A program made the position numbers and the translations under genes. Positions 18,823-28,468 of a stretch of DNA of 64,000 nucleotides are shown here, in pieces; position 1 is the first letter of the stretch; the number at the start of each line of letters is the position of its first letter. A model generated the notes under the pieces. It saw only the letters and a list, made by a program, of their open reading frames with translations, ran no database searches and had not been told where the DNA came from. The DNA is taken from positions 67,104 to 131,103 of the forward strand of contig JAIEQF010000013.1 in the NCBI GenBank assembly GCA_019747895.1. Reading direction: 5' to 3'. This stretch comes from Chthoniobacterales bacterium. Lineage in GTDB: Bacteria; Verrucomicrobiota; Verrucomicrobiia; Chthoniobacterales; UBA6821.

Positions 18823-19014
18823 ATGAAATTAGTTTTTATTCCTTCGTTTGCTTTTTTGTTGCTCGTTTTTGGCGTCGCCTGCGATCGGCATCCTGCATCA
18901 CAGACAATTCCTGGATATCAAGAAAAGAGTCACCTGCTTAATGGCAAGGAAGCCTTGACTCCAGCCGCTCATCCCATAAAGTTTTTTTCTCAGAAGAAAA
19001 ATGATGTCAACTAG
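18823..19014 (+). CDS. Small putative lipoprotein
   Basis: MKLVFIPSFAFLLLVFGVAC lipobox-like signal; 63 aa. Confidence 0.5.
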   Translation: MKLVFIPSFAFLLLVFGVACDRHPASQTIPGYQEKSHLLNGKEALTPAAHPIKFFSQKKNDVN

Positions 19015-19058
19015 GTTTTCAAATTGACATTGCAGTTTGTATCAGTTAGCACTACGAC

Positions 19059-19256
19059 ATGATGATGACTGAACAACACCTCTCTGCTACTCGAGTAAAA
19101 GTGGGACAGCCTTGCGAAGATGATTCTATCGATGCGGCTGACTATCAAAGAAAATTTGTTGCAGCGGTCGAGGAAGGATTAGCTGAGCTTGATCGCGGAG
19201 AGTTTGTTACTTTTGAAGAAATCAAGAAAGAGTTCTCTTCATGGGTTACCGAATAA
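19059..19256 (+). CDS. Antitoxin partner of a RelE/ParE toxin
   Basis: AVEEGLAELDRGEFVTFEE; overlaps the toxin start; paralogue at 26019. Confidence 0.72.
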   Translation: MMMTEQHLSATRVKVGQPCEDDSIDAADYQRKFVAAVEEGLAELDRGEFVTFEEIKKEFSSWVTE

Positions 19257-19537
19257 TTTTTTCTCCTAGAGCTCAACGTGATCTCAGAAATATTAAACGT
19301 TATATTTCTCGCGACTCTCCTCTGATAGCGGAACGCTTCTGTCAAAAGCTTGTAATAAAAACAGAGATGCTTGGAGTTTATCCAGAAATAGGACGAAAGG
19401 TTCCTGATTTTGATAATCGCACATTGCGAGAAATTATTATTGGAAATTATCGAGTGATTTATAGGGTTGATCTTTTGGCTAAGCAAATTGAAATTGTTCG
19501 TTATTGGAATGCAGCTCGAGGAACACCTGAATTATGA
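19241..19537 (+). CDS. RelE/ParE-family toxin
   Basis: YRIIFSPRAQRDLRNI..YI..DSP, GRKVP, REIIIGNYRVIY motifs. Confidence 0.9.
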   Translation: MGYRIIFSPRAQRDLRNIKRYISRDSPLIAERFCQKLVIKTEMLGVYPEIGRKVPDFDNRTLREIIIGNYRVIYRVDLLAKQIEIVRYWNAARGTPEL

Positions 19538-20211
19538 ACCTCGTTCTCTTCGATCTCGATCACACGTTGCTGAACGGTGACACTCAAAGCGAGTGGGGAT
19601 GTTACTTGGCTGATCGTGGTATTATTGATCTTGCGGCCTATCAAGAAGCCATGGCTGTTTTTGATGAGGGCTATCGCCGAGGAGCGTTGAATATTCGAGC
19701 GTTGGTGGAATTCCAAATTAAAATTCTAAAACCGTATCCTCTTTCGATTCTCCACGCGTGGCGCGAAGAATTTGTCCAAGAACGGATTCGCCCTTTGATT
19801 GTTGATGCTGGGTGGAAGGCGATTGTTAAGCACAAAAAACAAGGGGATGAACTGGTTCTGATTACGGCAACAAATAAATTTCTGACGACGCCCATCGCGA
19901 AGCTCTTAGGTATTCAGCATTTGATTGCCTCTCAAGAAGAGTATGATGCTCAGGGAAACCTTACGGGACATTTTTGTGGTATTCCCTCTTATCGTGAGGG
20001 AAAAGTAACGCGCTTTCATCAGTGGCTGAAAGAACAAGGACGAAGTAGAAGTGATTACAAGAAAATTTTATTTTATAGTGACTCCCATAATGACCTTCCG
20101 CTTCTCTCTCTTGTTGATGAGCCGATCATCGTAAATCCTGATCCGCAGCTGCGAGAGCATGCCTTAAAAAACAAATGGAAGATTGTTGACTTTGGAATTA
20201 AACGAGAATAA
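19534..20211 (+). CDS. HAD-IB family hydrolase (SerB-like)
   Basis: FDLDHTLL, ITAT, FYSDSHNDLPLL. Confidence 0.9.
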   Translation: MNLVLFDLDHTLLNGDTQSEWGCYLADRGIIDLAAYQEAMAVFDEGYRRGALNIRALVEFQIKILKPYPLSILHAWREEFVQERIRPLIVDAGWKAIVKHKKQGDELVLITATNKFLTTPIAKLLGIQHLIASQEEYDAQGNLTGHFCGIPSYREGKVTRFHQWLKEQGRSRSDYKKILFYSDSHNDLPLLSLVDEPIIVNPDPQLREHALKNKWKIVDFGIKRE

Positions 20212-20411
20212 TTATTCCGGTCCGGATTTTTCTTCCGTTGAAATGAAACCGTAATTTTCCAATCCTGCTCTGTCCAACTTTGTTGGATCTTCATCGCATT
20301 ACATGTTAGTGCGTCTTTCAGGATTTTTTTTTGTAGTAGTAGCCAAATGTTGTGGCTGACTTGATTTTTTGTTCAACGTTTTTTCTTGCTCCTTGATGGA
20401 GTATTGTCTCT

Positions 20412-22169
20412 ATGAATCTTCCTAAAAAAGTTTTTCCTTTCCTTGTTTATTTTATTCGTCAGCAATGGATCAAGTTTGCGTTCATCCTTGCCGCTTCGAT
20501 GATTTGGGGCGCCAACAATGCTCTTTTCCCTTTTTTTCTTAAAAAAATTATCGATGCTTTTGCAACCCATCCTGATTTTTCTTTAGGACTAGATAGCGCG
20601 AGTAAAATATTGGTGGTGCTTCTTCTGTTGCTCATCGGGAGTGAGGCTTTATTGCGCCTTCAAGGGTTTGTTCTTATTCGTTTTATCACGCGCTTGCGTG
20701 CTGATACTCGAGCGGAGCTTTTTCGTTATGTGCAGACTCATTCGAGTTCTTATTTTGCAACTCATTTTTCTGGAGCGATCGCAAATAAAATTTCGGATGT
20801 CCCTATTAATAGTGAGCTCATTTTGTTATCTATCTGTTTTGAATTTATCATTGCCGCCATTGGGGCTCTTGTCGTGATTATAACTATGTGGATGAGCCAT
20901 CCCTTGTTTGGTGAAATCTTAATGGGCTGGATTATTATTCATTTGATCCTGACGTTTTTTTTCATCAAAAAAAGTCAACAGCCTCTTCAGAGGCATGCTG
21001 ATGCTGTCACAACACTCTCTGCGAAAATTGTGGACATCATTACCAATATTCAAAATGTAAAATTATTTGCTCGAGAAGAGTATGAGCGTGAGTACCTCAG
21101 TCGTTTTCAGGAAGAGGAAATCATCAAAGCTCGTCGAGCTCAGGGCTTTTTACAGTCAATGTATGTCGGATTTAGCGTCAATGCGCTTTGCATGATCTTA
21201 GGATTGCTCTTTCTTTTAATTTATGGATGGAAAGAGCATTGGGTTACACTTGGAGATTTTACCCAAATCATGATGCAGGCATTTTGGCTCTCTGGATGGA
21301 TGTGGTTTGTCAGTCATCAAATGACGCTCCTAGCTAAAACAACAGCCGCTATCAATGCAGCGCTAGCACTGATTCAACAACCGCATGATGTCGTAGATGC
21401 ACCGGATGCAACTAAATTAAAAGTTTCACGAGGAGAAATTTCTTTTGATAGCGTGAGTTTTTCTTATCATCAGCAACCTGTTTTTCAAAATCTCAATGTG
21501 ACAATTCATGCTGGCGAAAAAGTAGGAATTGTGGGCTTGTCGGGAGCTGGTAAGACGACTTTCATGAATCTCATCTTGAGGCTTTATGAATTGAATGCAG
21601 GAAAAATTTTGATCGATGGACAATCAATTGCAACTGTCACGCAACAATCGTTGCACGAAAATATAGCCGTCATTCCGCAAGAGCCGCTGCTTTTTCATCG
21701 TACCTTGATGGAAAATATTCGCTATGGGCGTCTCGAAGCTACTGATGAAGAGGTCCTCAAGGTTTCTCAGCAGGCCCATTGCCACGAATTTGTTGAACAA
21801 CTCTCTGCAAAATATGAAACACTCGTGGGGGAGCGCGGAATCAAGCTTTCAGGAGGGCAACGTCAACGCATTGCTATTGCACGAGCTTTGTTGAAAGATG
21901 CACCAATCCTTATTTTAGATGAAGCCACTTCATCTCTTGATTCGATGACTGAGAAAAAAATTCAAGAAGGGTTGCGCATGTTGATGCAAGGAAGAACAAC
22001 CATCGTGATCGCTCATCGTCTTTCAACGCTCGCAGCTATGGATCGTATTTTAGTTTTTCATGAAGGCAACATTGTCGAAGACGGAACCATTCAGGAATTA
22101 CTTCACGAAGGAAATCATTTTGCAACGCTCTGGAAAATGCAGCGTGAAGGTTCGACTATTGATGATTGA
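20412..22169 (+). CDS. ABC exporter (fused TMD-NBD)
   Basis: GLSGAGKTT, LSGGQRQR, ILDEATS, IAHRLST. Confidence 0.93.
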   Translation: MNLPKKVFPFLVYFIRQQWIKFAFILAASMIWGANNALFPFFLKKIIDAFATHPDFSLGLDSASKILVVLLLLLIGSEALLRLQGFVLIRFITRLRADTRAELFRYVQTHSSSYFATHFSGAIANKISDVPINSELILLSICFEFIIAAIGALVVIITMWMSHPLFGEILMGWIIIHLILTFFFIKKSQQPLQRHADAVTTLSAKIVDIITNIQNVKLFAREEYEREYLSRFQEEEIIKARRAQGFLQSMYVGFSVNALCMILGLLFLLIYGWKEHWVTLGDFTQIMMQAFWLSGWMWFVSHQMTLLAKTTAAINAALALIQQPHDVVDAPDATKLKVSRGEISFDSVSFSYHQQPVFQNLNVTIHAGEKVGIVGLSGAGKTTFMNLILRLYELNAGKILIDGQSIATVTQQSLHENIAVIPQEPLLFHRTLMENIRYGRLEATDEEVLKVSQQAHCHEFVEQLSAKYETLVGERGIKLSGGQRQRIAIARALLKDAPILILDEATSSLDSMTEKKIQEGLRMLMQGRTTIVIAHRLSTLAAMDRILVFHEGNIVEDGTIQELLHEGNHFATLWKMQREGSTIDD

Positions 22170-22200
22170 TCGCCGCAGAGGCTCTTGTTAAGCTCGCATC

Positions 22201-22968
22201 ATGAAATGTGTCATTTTAGCAGGTGGCCTTGGAACCCGCATTAGCGAAGAAACGGTGCTCAAGCCAAAACCAATGGTAGAAATCGGAGGGAAGCCCCTTC
22301 TTTGGCATGTGATGAAAATTTATTCCGCACATGGCATTAACGACTTCATTATCTGTGCTGGCTACAAGGGATATTTGATCAAAGAATATTTTGCTAACTA
22401 TTTTCTGCACATGTCAGATGTTACTTTTGACATCAAAGAAAATAGTATGGAGGTTCATGAGCGTTATGCTGAGCCATGGAAAGTGACCGTTGTGGATACG
22501 GGAGAGGAGACGATGACTGGAGGGCGTTTAAAAAAAGTAGCTCGTTATCTTGGAGCCGAGACGTTTTGTATGACCTATGGTGACGGAGTGGGAGATGTTG
22601 CTATTCCAAAGGTTTTAGAAGCACATCATTGCAGTCAGCGCAAAGCCACCATCACTGCAGTGCAGCCACCAGGGCGCTTCGGAGCGCTTCATCTTGAAAA
22701 TGATGCCGTCGCTCATTTTATTGAAAAGCCAGAGGGTGATGGCGCTTGGATTAATGGTGGTTTTTTTGTTTTAGAGCCAGAGGTGCTTTCCTACATCGAG
22801 CATGATCAGATCATCTGGGAACGAGAACCCTTGCAGCGCCTTGCTCAGGAAAAAGAATTGTCGGCTTATCAACATCATGGTTTTTGGCAGCCAATGGACA
22901 CCCTTCGTGACAAGCAGCTGCTTGAAGAGTTGTGGCATAAGGGGCAGGCTCCGTGGAAGATTTGGTAA
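22201..22968 (+). CDS. rfbF: Glucose-1-phosphate cytidylyltransferase
   Basis: [43 protein letters not shown]. Confidence 0.96.
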   Translation: MKCVILAGGLGTRISEETVLKPKPMVEIGGKPLLWHVMKIYSAHGINDFIICAGYKGYLIKEYFANYFLHMSDVTFDIKENSMEVHERYAEPWKVTVVDTGEETMTGGRLKKVARYLGAETFCMTYGDGVGDVAIPKVLEAHHCSQRKATITAVQPPGRFGALHLENDAVAHFIEKPEGDGAWINGGFFVLEPEVLSYIEHDQIIWEREPLQRLAQEKELSAYQHHGFWQPMDTLRDKQLLEELWHKGQAPWKIW

Positions 22969-23111
22969 ACCTGCCTTGTAAGTTCTACTGAGAGAGCGAA
23001 GAGCTGCGTTACTCCGGTGCTCGTCGCTTCACGTATTAGATATACGCTCAGCGCCTGTGCTCCGAGGCGCCTTGCTCTTCATCACTCTCAGCGAACTTCC
23101 AAAGCAGGTTA
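22967..23111. mobile_element. PE1 copy D, intergenic, starting at the rfbF stop codon
   Basis: Ends aacctgccttgtaagttc / gaacttccaaagcaggtt; core ctccggtgctcg...tatacgctcagcgcctgtgc. Confidence 0.88.
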
Positions 23112-23145
23112 TCATTTGAGAGGGAGAGTATACTCTCCTGTAGTA

Positions 23146-23306
23146 ATACCATCTTTAATAATTACTAAGACCATTTGACTTGTTCTTTTGGCGCTGAGCA
23201 TCGTTGTCATCCCTAGCGTTATCTTTGGATAGCGCTTCGGTCTGACGCCTTGCTTAACGCCAAAACTCCTGCCTCAAATAATCTCATTAATTATTAAAGA
23301 TGGTAT
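23146..23306. mobile_element. PE2 palindromic element / MITE-like, copy 1
   Basis: Perfect 19-bp terminal inverted repeat ataccatctttaataatta; internal gacttgttcttt...gcgttatc-tttg-gatagcgc...aaaactcctgc. Confidence 0.85.
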
Positions 23307-23381
23307 AATAATGATTGTACAAATTTTGGACAAAAATTTATCTTTTAGTGAAATTTCGCGAGTTTAGCAGTTTATTTTTTT

Positions 23382-24491
23382 ATGTCTTCTTTACATGCCC
23401 AGCTTTCTAATATCTACCGAGGAAAGAAAGTCTTTCTCACAGGCCACACCGGCTTCAAAGGAGCATGGCTGGCTGAATGGTTGCTGCAGCTAGGAGCGGA
23501 AGTGCACGGTTATGCTTTAGAGCCAGCGACAACGCCTGTGCTATTTCAGCAATTGAATTTGGCTTCACGATTGCATCATCAAATCGGAGATGTGAGAAAT
23601 TTTAAATTACTACAAGAATCGATCCTCTCTTTTCAACCTGATTTTGTTTTTCATTTAGCCGCTCAACCTCTTGTGCGCTATTCGTATCAAGAGCCCCTTG
23701 AAACTTACGAGACCAATGTCATGGGAACGTTGCATCTGTTGGAGGCGCTCCGAGAATTGCAGAAAATTTCTTCTCATCGCATTGCTGCGGTGATGGTCAC
23801 GACCGATAAGTGTTATGAGAATAAGGAGGATCAGACTGCTTATCACGAAGATCATCCTCTCGGCGGACATGATCCTTACAGCTCGAGCAAAGCGATGGCT
23901 GAAATTGGAACAGCAGCCTATCGGCGTTCTTATTTTTCAAATGCTTCTGCAGTGCATGTGGCTACCGCTCGTGCTGGCAATGTGATTGGTGGAGGAGATT
24001 GGTCGGCTGATCGTATTGTTCCTGATGCTATTCGTGCCTTAGAAAAAAAAGAACCGATCTTTGTTCGCAATCCTTCTTCCGTAAGGCCTTGGCAGCATGT
24101 TCTGGAGCCGCTCTGCGGGTATTTGATGTTGGGGGCTCAACTCATGCAAGATCGTGAATTAGCAGGAGCTTTTAATTTTGGTCCTCATCCCGAAGAAAAT
24201 TATTGTGTCGCTGATGTGGTGACCGAAGTTTTGAAATCCTGGCCAGGCTCGTGGCAAGATCGGAGTGATCCGACTGCGCTCCATGAAGCACGTCATCTAA
24301 ATCTCTCCATCAAAAAAGCTGTCGATCTTTTGGGATGGTCTCCTGTTTGGAATTTTGAAAAAACAATAACGAAGACTGTTGAGTGGTATCGTCTGCATCA
24401 CGAAGATCCCAAAAGTACACGTGCATTAACTCAGGAGCAGATTGTTTCTTACGAAGCGGATGCAGAGGCTTCTGGGATCTCACTTTCTTGA
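23382..24491 (+). CDS. rfbG: CDP-glucose 4,6-dehydratase
   Basis: TGHTGFKGAWL, HLAAQPLVR, TTDKCYEN, DPYSSSK, RPWQHVLEPL. Confidence 0.95.
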   Translation: MSSLHAQLSNIYRGKKVFLTGHTGFKGAWLAEWLLQLGAEVHGYALEPATTPVLFQQLNLASRLHHQIGDVRNFKLLQESILSFQPDFVFHLAAQPLVRYSYQEPLETYETNVMGTLHLLEALRELQKISSHRIAAVMVTTDKCYENKEDQTAYHEDHPLGGHDPYSSSKAMAEIGTAAYRRSYFSNASAVHVATARAGNVIGGGDWSADRIVPDAIRALEKKEPIFVRNPSSVRPWQHVLEPLCGYLMLGAQLMQDRELAGAFNFGPHPEENYCVADVVTEVLKSWPGSWQDRSDPTALHEARHLNLSIKKAVDLLGWSPVWNFEKTITKTVEWYRLHHEDPKSTRALTQEQIVSYEADAEASGISLS

Positions 24492-24493
24492 TC

Positions 24494-25987
24494 ATGAATA
24501 AAACTGCCGCTGACCTCAAAAAAGAAATTCTCCGTCTCACGCAGGAATATTCCTCGCTCATGCATCAGGGCAATTTGCCAGCTTGGGGGAGAGAGTCTGA
24601 TTTTATTCCTGGTGAAACAATCATTCCGTATGCGGGTCGTGTTTTTGATTCCCATGAAGTTGAAGCTGCCGTCGGAAGCACGCTTGATTTTTGGCTGACG
24701 CTGGGAAAAGAGGGTGAAGCTTTTGAAAAAGAGTTTGCTGCTTTTCTTGGTGTCAAACATACGCTCTTGGTCAATTCCGGATCCTCCGCAAACTTGGTGG
24801 CCCTCTCAGCGTTGACGACCCACAAACTCCCTTCGCATCAGCGTCTGCAGCCGGGAGATGAAGTTATTACCGTGGCAGCTGGTTTTCCAACGACGGTGGC
24901 TCCGATCATTCAGCTAGGGGCAGTTCCTGTTTTTCTCGATAACAATCCTGCAACTGGAAACATGAATGTTGCGTTGTTAGAAAAAGCTTTTTGTGAAGGA
25001 AAAACAAAAGCAGTGATGATGGCTCATGCTCTTGGTAATCCTTTTGATCTAGGGACCGTCTTGGAATTTTGTCGTCGTCACGGTCTCTGGCTCATCGAAG
25101 ATAATTGTGATTCGCTCGGCTCCACGTATTCGATGCCGCTCGAGCGAGCTAAAAAATTGGGAGTGACGCAGAATTCTCCCGGTATTCCTTCCGATGGAAA
25201 AAATATCACGCGTTACACGGGAACATGGGGCGATCTTTCCACTCAATCTTTTTATCCGCCGCACCATCTCACGATGGGCGAGGGAGGCGCGGTGAATATC
25301 ATCTCGCGTCCGCCGCTCAAGTCCTATGCAGAGAGCTTTCGTGATTGGGGGCGCGATTGTTGGTGTGCTTCTGGAAAAGATAACACCTGCAACAAACGCT
25401 TCTGCTGGCAGCTTGGCGAATTGCCCAAGGGATACGACCACAAATATATTTACAGTCATCTCGGCTACAACTTGAAGCCGCTTGATCCTCAAGCTGCGAT
25501 CGGACGCGAGCAGCTCAAGAAGCTGCCTGCTTTTGTCGAGGCGCGGAAAAAAAATTGGGAGATCTTGCGTGCGGGGCTCGCTCACTTGGAAGAGTTTTTT
25601 GAGTTTTCTTTGCCGACCCATGCGACCGCTTGGAATCAAGATGGCACTTTCGATTGGGATGATTCTGGATGTCAGACTGACTGTTCTTGGTTTGGATTTA
25701 TGCTGCGCGTCAAAGCAACAGCTCCTTTTTCTCACACTGACTTTGCGCGTTATCTCGAAGAGAAAAAAATTGGAACGAGGATGTTTTTTGGAGGAAACTT
25801 GCTGCGACAACCAGCATTTGTACAGTTGAAGAAAGATCGTTCCGAGGCCTTGCGTGTGGTGGGAAGCCTCGCTGGAGCTGATGACATCATGAACAGTGCA
25901 CTTTTTTTAGGAACTTATCCTGGATTGACGCAAGCGATGTTGGAGTATGAAATTAAGATGATTCATGAGTTTTGCCTTCCTTCTTGA
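24494..25987 (+). CDS. rfbH: CDP-4-keto-6-deoxyglucose 3-dehydratase (RfbH/DdhC)
   Basis: FYPPHHLTMGEGG (His in place of the PLP Lys), RDWGRDCWC, GYDHKYIYSHLGYNLK; start ATG 24494. Confidence 0.93.
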   Translation: MNKTAADLKKEILRLTQEYSSLMHQGNLPAWGRESDFIPGETIIPYAGRVFDSHEVEAAVGSTLDFWLTLGKEGEAFEKEFAAFLGVKHTLLVNSGSSANLVALSALTTHKLPSHQRLQPGDEVITVAAGFPTTVAPIIQLGAVPVFLDNNPATGNMNVALLEKAFCEGKTKAVMMAHALGNPFDLGTVLEFCRRHGLWLIEDNCDSLGSTYSMPLERAKKLGVTQNSPGIPSDGKNITRYTGTWGDLSTQSFYPPHHLTMGEGGAVNIISRPPLKSYAESFRDWGRDCWCASGKDNTCNKRFCWQLGELPKGYDHKYIYSHLGYNLKPLDPQAAIGREQLKKLPAFVEARKKNWEILRAGLAHLEEFFEFSLPTHATAWNQDGTFDWDDSGCQTDCSWFGFMLRVKATAPFSHTDFARYLEEKKIGTRMFFGGNLLRQPAFVQLKKDRSEALRVVGSLAGADDIMNSALFLGTYPGLTQAMLEYEIKMIHEFCLPS

Positions 25988-26018
25988 CTATAAAAACTTA
26001 ATCTGTTAGGCCTTTTTT

Positions 26019-26219
26019 ATGATCACTCAACAACCGCCGCCGCATCCTTCCAGTTCTCATTTGGCAGAGGCTTCTTGTGAAGATCTTTCCTTCGATTCTA
26101 TTCCCTATGATGTAGAGCTCATCGCCGCTATCGAAGAGGCTCGGGCTGAGATTAGATGTGGAGAATTTATTACACACGAAGAACTTGAAAAAGAATTTTA
26201 TTCATGGTTTTTCGAATAA
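26019..26219 (+). CDS. Antitoxin, paralogue of 19059-19256
   Basis: AIEEARAEIRCGEFITHEELEKEFYSW. Confidence 0.72.
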   Translation: MITQQPPPHPSSSHLAEASCEDLSFDSIPYDVELIAAIEEARAEIRCGEFITHEELEKEFYSWFFE

Positions 26220-26503
26220 TTGTCTCTCCCGGAGCAAGGCGTGATCTTAGAGGGATTCAACGTTATATTTCTATTGATTCGCCTCAAGCAGCTCTACGCT
26301 TTGGTCAACGACTTCTGAAAAAACAAGAAATGCTTGGAAGTCATCCTGAAATAGGACGTGTCGTTCTTGAAATAGGTAATCGAGCGGTACGAGAGCTTAT
26401 TGTTGGAAATTATCGATTGATTTATGAAGTCAATTTTTTGAACAAGGAGATTGAAATATTTCGCTACTGGCACGCTGCTCGAGGGATTCCAAAGGTCACT
26501 TGA
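26204..26503 (+). CDS. RelE/ParE-family toxin, paralogue of 19241-19537
   Basis: FRIIVSPGARRDLRGIQRYISIDSP, RELIVGNYRLIY. Confidence 0.9.
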   Translation: MVFRIIVSPGARRDLRGIQRYISIDSPQAALRFGQRLLKKQEMLGSHPEIGRVVLEIGNRAVRELIVGNYRLIYEVNFLNKEIEIFRYWHAARGIPKVT

Positions 26504-26510
26504 TATACTC

Positions 26511-27551
26511 ATGACGAATAAAAAAACCATTGTTCCACCACTTCCTCAGGAAGATCTCGAGCATGTCTTAACACACACGAAGCCGCTCTGGGAGCAGGTG
26601 CGGGGAGGTCGGATTTTTGTGACGGGGGCTACTGGTTTTTTTGGAATTTGGTTATTGGAAACTTTTTTGTATGCCAATGACCAATTGAAATTAGGAGCGG
26701 AGCTTGTGGGACTCAGTCGTAAACCTGCCGCTTTTGCTGCAAAGGCTCCTCACATCGCCAATCATCCAGCGATTAAAATGCATGCTGGTGATGTGCGTGA
26801 TTTTGTTTTTTCTGAAGGGGGTTTTTCACATGTGATTCATGCGGGCACAACTTCCAGTGCGCCCGTGCCGCCCTTGGAAATGCTGGAGACAATTACTCAA
26901 GGAACACGGCACACGCTTGATTTTGCAGTCGCTTGTGAGGCCAAGCGATTTCTTTTTGTCAGCTCTGGTGCCGTTTATGGTGAGGCGCCAAGTAAGGATC
27001 ATCATTTTTCCGAAGAAGATTCTACGGCTCCCGATCCAAAGAATTCTAACTCAGCGTACGGCGAAGGGAAGCGCCTTGCTGAGTTATTGTGTCGACTTTA
27101 TCATGACAACCATCAGCTGGAGACGACGATTGCCCGTTGCTTTGCCTTTGTCGGACCGCATCTGCCACTCGATGCTCATTTTGCCATTGGAAATTTTTTG
27201 CGAGATGCTCTAGAAAAAAAACCGATCATGATCAAGAGCGATGGTCAGTCTCAACGTTCGTACCTCTACGCTGCCGACCTCATGATCTGGCTCTGGACGA
27301 TTCTTTTTAAAGGTGAGCCCTGCCGCCCATACAATGTCGGTTCGGAGCACGCACTCACGATCAAGCAGCTGGCGGAAAAAGTTCATGGCACACTGCAACT
27401 TGAGGAAAAAGTACAGATCGGAACCGGCGGCAAAATTTCGTTCTACATTCCTCAGACAGCACGAGCTCAACAGGAATTAAGATTGCAAGAGTGGGTGACG
27501 ATCGAAGAGAGTGTTCGGAGATATTTTAGTTGGCTTAAGGTGAATTTTTGA
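26511..27551 (+). CDS. NAD-dependent epimerase/dehydratase (extended SDR)
   Basis: TGATGFFG, SSGAVYG, YGEGK, ARCFAFVGP. Confidence 0.88.
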   Translation: MTNKKTIVPPLPQEDLEHVLTHTKPLWEQVRGGRIFVTGATGFFGIWLLETFLYANDQLKLGAELVGLSRKPAAFAAKAPHIANHPAIKMHAGDVRDFVFSEGGFSHVIHAGTTSSAPVPPLEMLETITQGTRHTLDFAVACEAKRFLFVSSGAVYGEAPSKDHHFSEEDSTAPDPKNSNSAYGEGKRLAELLCRLYHDNHQLETTIARCFAFVGPHLPLDAHFAIGNFLRDALEKKPIMIKSDGQSQRSYLYAADLMIWLWTILFKGEPCRPYNVGSEHALTIKQLAEKVHGTLQLEEKVQIGTGGKISFYIPQTARAQQELRLQEWVTIEESVRRYFSWLKVNF

Positions 27552-27589
27552 GAATGATTAACTTTTCCTAAAAATCAAAAATCAAAAAA

Positions 27590-28468
27590 ATGAAACAGGA
27601 GCTTATCATTAATCATCGAGCTGTCGGTAATGGACATCCCGCTTATATTATTGCAGAGATTGGGATCAATCATAACGGAAGTGTTGAAATAGCAAAGAGC
27701 CTCATTTCAATTGCAAAAAATTCTGGATGTGATGCAGTCAAGTTTCAGAAACGCACCGTTGATATTGTTTACACGGCAGAAGAATTAGCTAAGCCTCGTG
27801 AAAATCCGTTTGGTGCTACCAATGGTGATTTGAAGCGTGGCTTGGAATTTGGAGTTGAGCAGTACCGTGAGATCGATGAGTTTTGTAAAGAAATAGAGAT
27901 GACGTGGTTTGTTTCGTGCTGGGATGAACCTTCCGTTGATTTTATAGAACAGTTTAAAATGCCTTGTTATAAAATTGCTTCAGCTTCTCTCACTGATGAT
28001 GCCTTGTTGCGATACACGCGGGCTACTGGAAAACCTATTCTGCTTTCAACGGGCATGAGTACTTATAAAGAAATTGATCATGCTGTAGAAATTTTAGGCA
28101 AGCATGATCTTATCTTGATTCATACCTGCAGCACCTATCCTTCCAAATACAACGAACTAAATCTGCGCGTCATTCCTGAGCTGTATAAACGTTATGGCGT
28201 TCCTGTCGGCTATTCAGGCCATGAGACAGGGATTGCTTCTTCGGTAGCGGCGGTGACTCTTGGAGCTTGTCTTATTGAACGTCATATTACACTCGATCGT
28301 GCTATGTGGGGCTCAGACCAAGCCGCTTCCTTGGCTCCCAGTGGACTTTCCCATTTGGTGCGTGATATTCGACTTGTTGAAGAATCGATGGGCGATGGAG
28401 TCAAGATTGTTCAAGAGAGTGAGATTCCTGTCATGAAGAAACTTCGTCGAGTAGGATGTAAGTCATGA
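27590..28468 (+). CDS. NeuB/SpsE-family keto-deoxy-ulosonic acid synthase (no C-terminal SAF/AFP domain)
   Basis: IAEIGINHNG, DAVKFQ, KIASA, STGMS, GYSGHE, IERHITLDR. Confidence 0.9.
   Translation: MKQELIINHRAVGNGHPAYIIAEIGINHNGSVEIAKSLISIAKNSGCDAVKFQKRTVDIVYTAEELAKPRENPFGATNGDLKRGLEFGVEQYREIDEFCKEIEMTWFVSCWDEPSVDFIEQFKMPCYKIASASLTDDALLRYTRATGKPILLSTGMSTYKEIDHAVEILGKHDLILIHTCSTYPSKYNELNLRVIPELYKRYGVPVGYSGHETGIASSVAAVTLGACLIERHITLDRAMWGSDQAASLAPSGLSHLVRDIRLVEESMGDGVKIVQESEIPVMKKLRRVGCKS

Noticed and set aside
19024-19052. Sigma-70 promoter upstream of the first TA pair
   Set aside because: TTGACA is present but the -10 at 17 bp (TAGCAC) is poor; too weak to call.
25126-25215. Extra segment in RfbH (SMPLERAKKLGVTQNSPGIPSDGKNITRY) as a PE1 insert
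   Set aside because: No PE1 core motif, no terminal inverted repeat and the wrong length; probably a lineage-specific loop.
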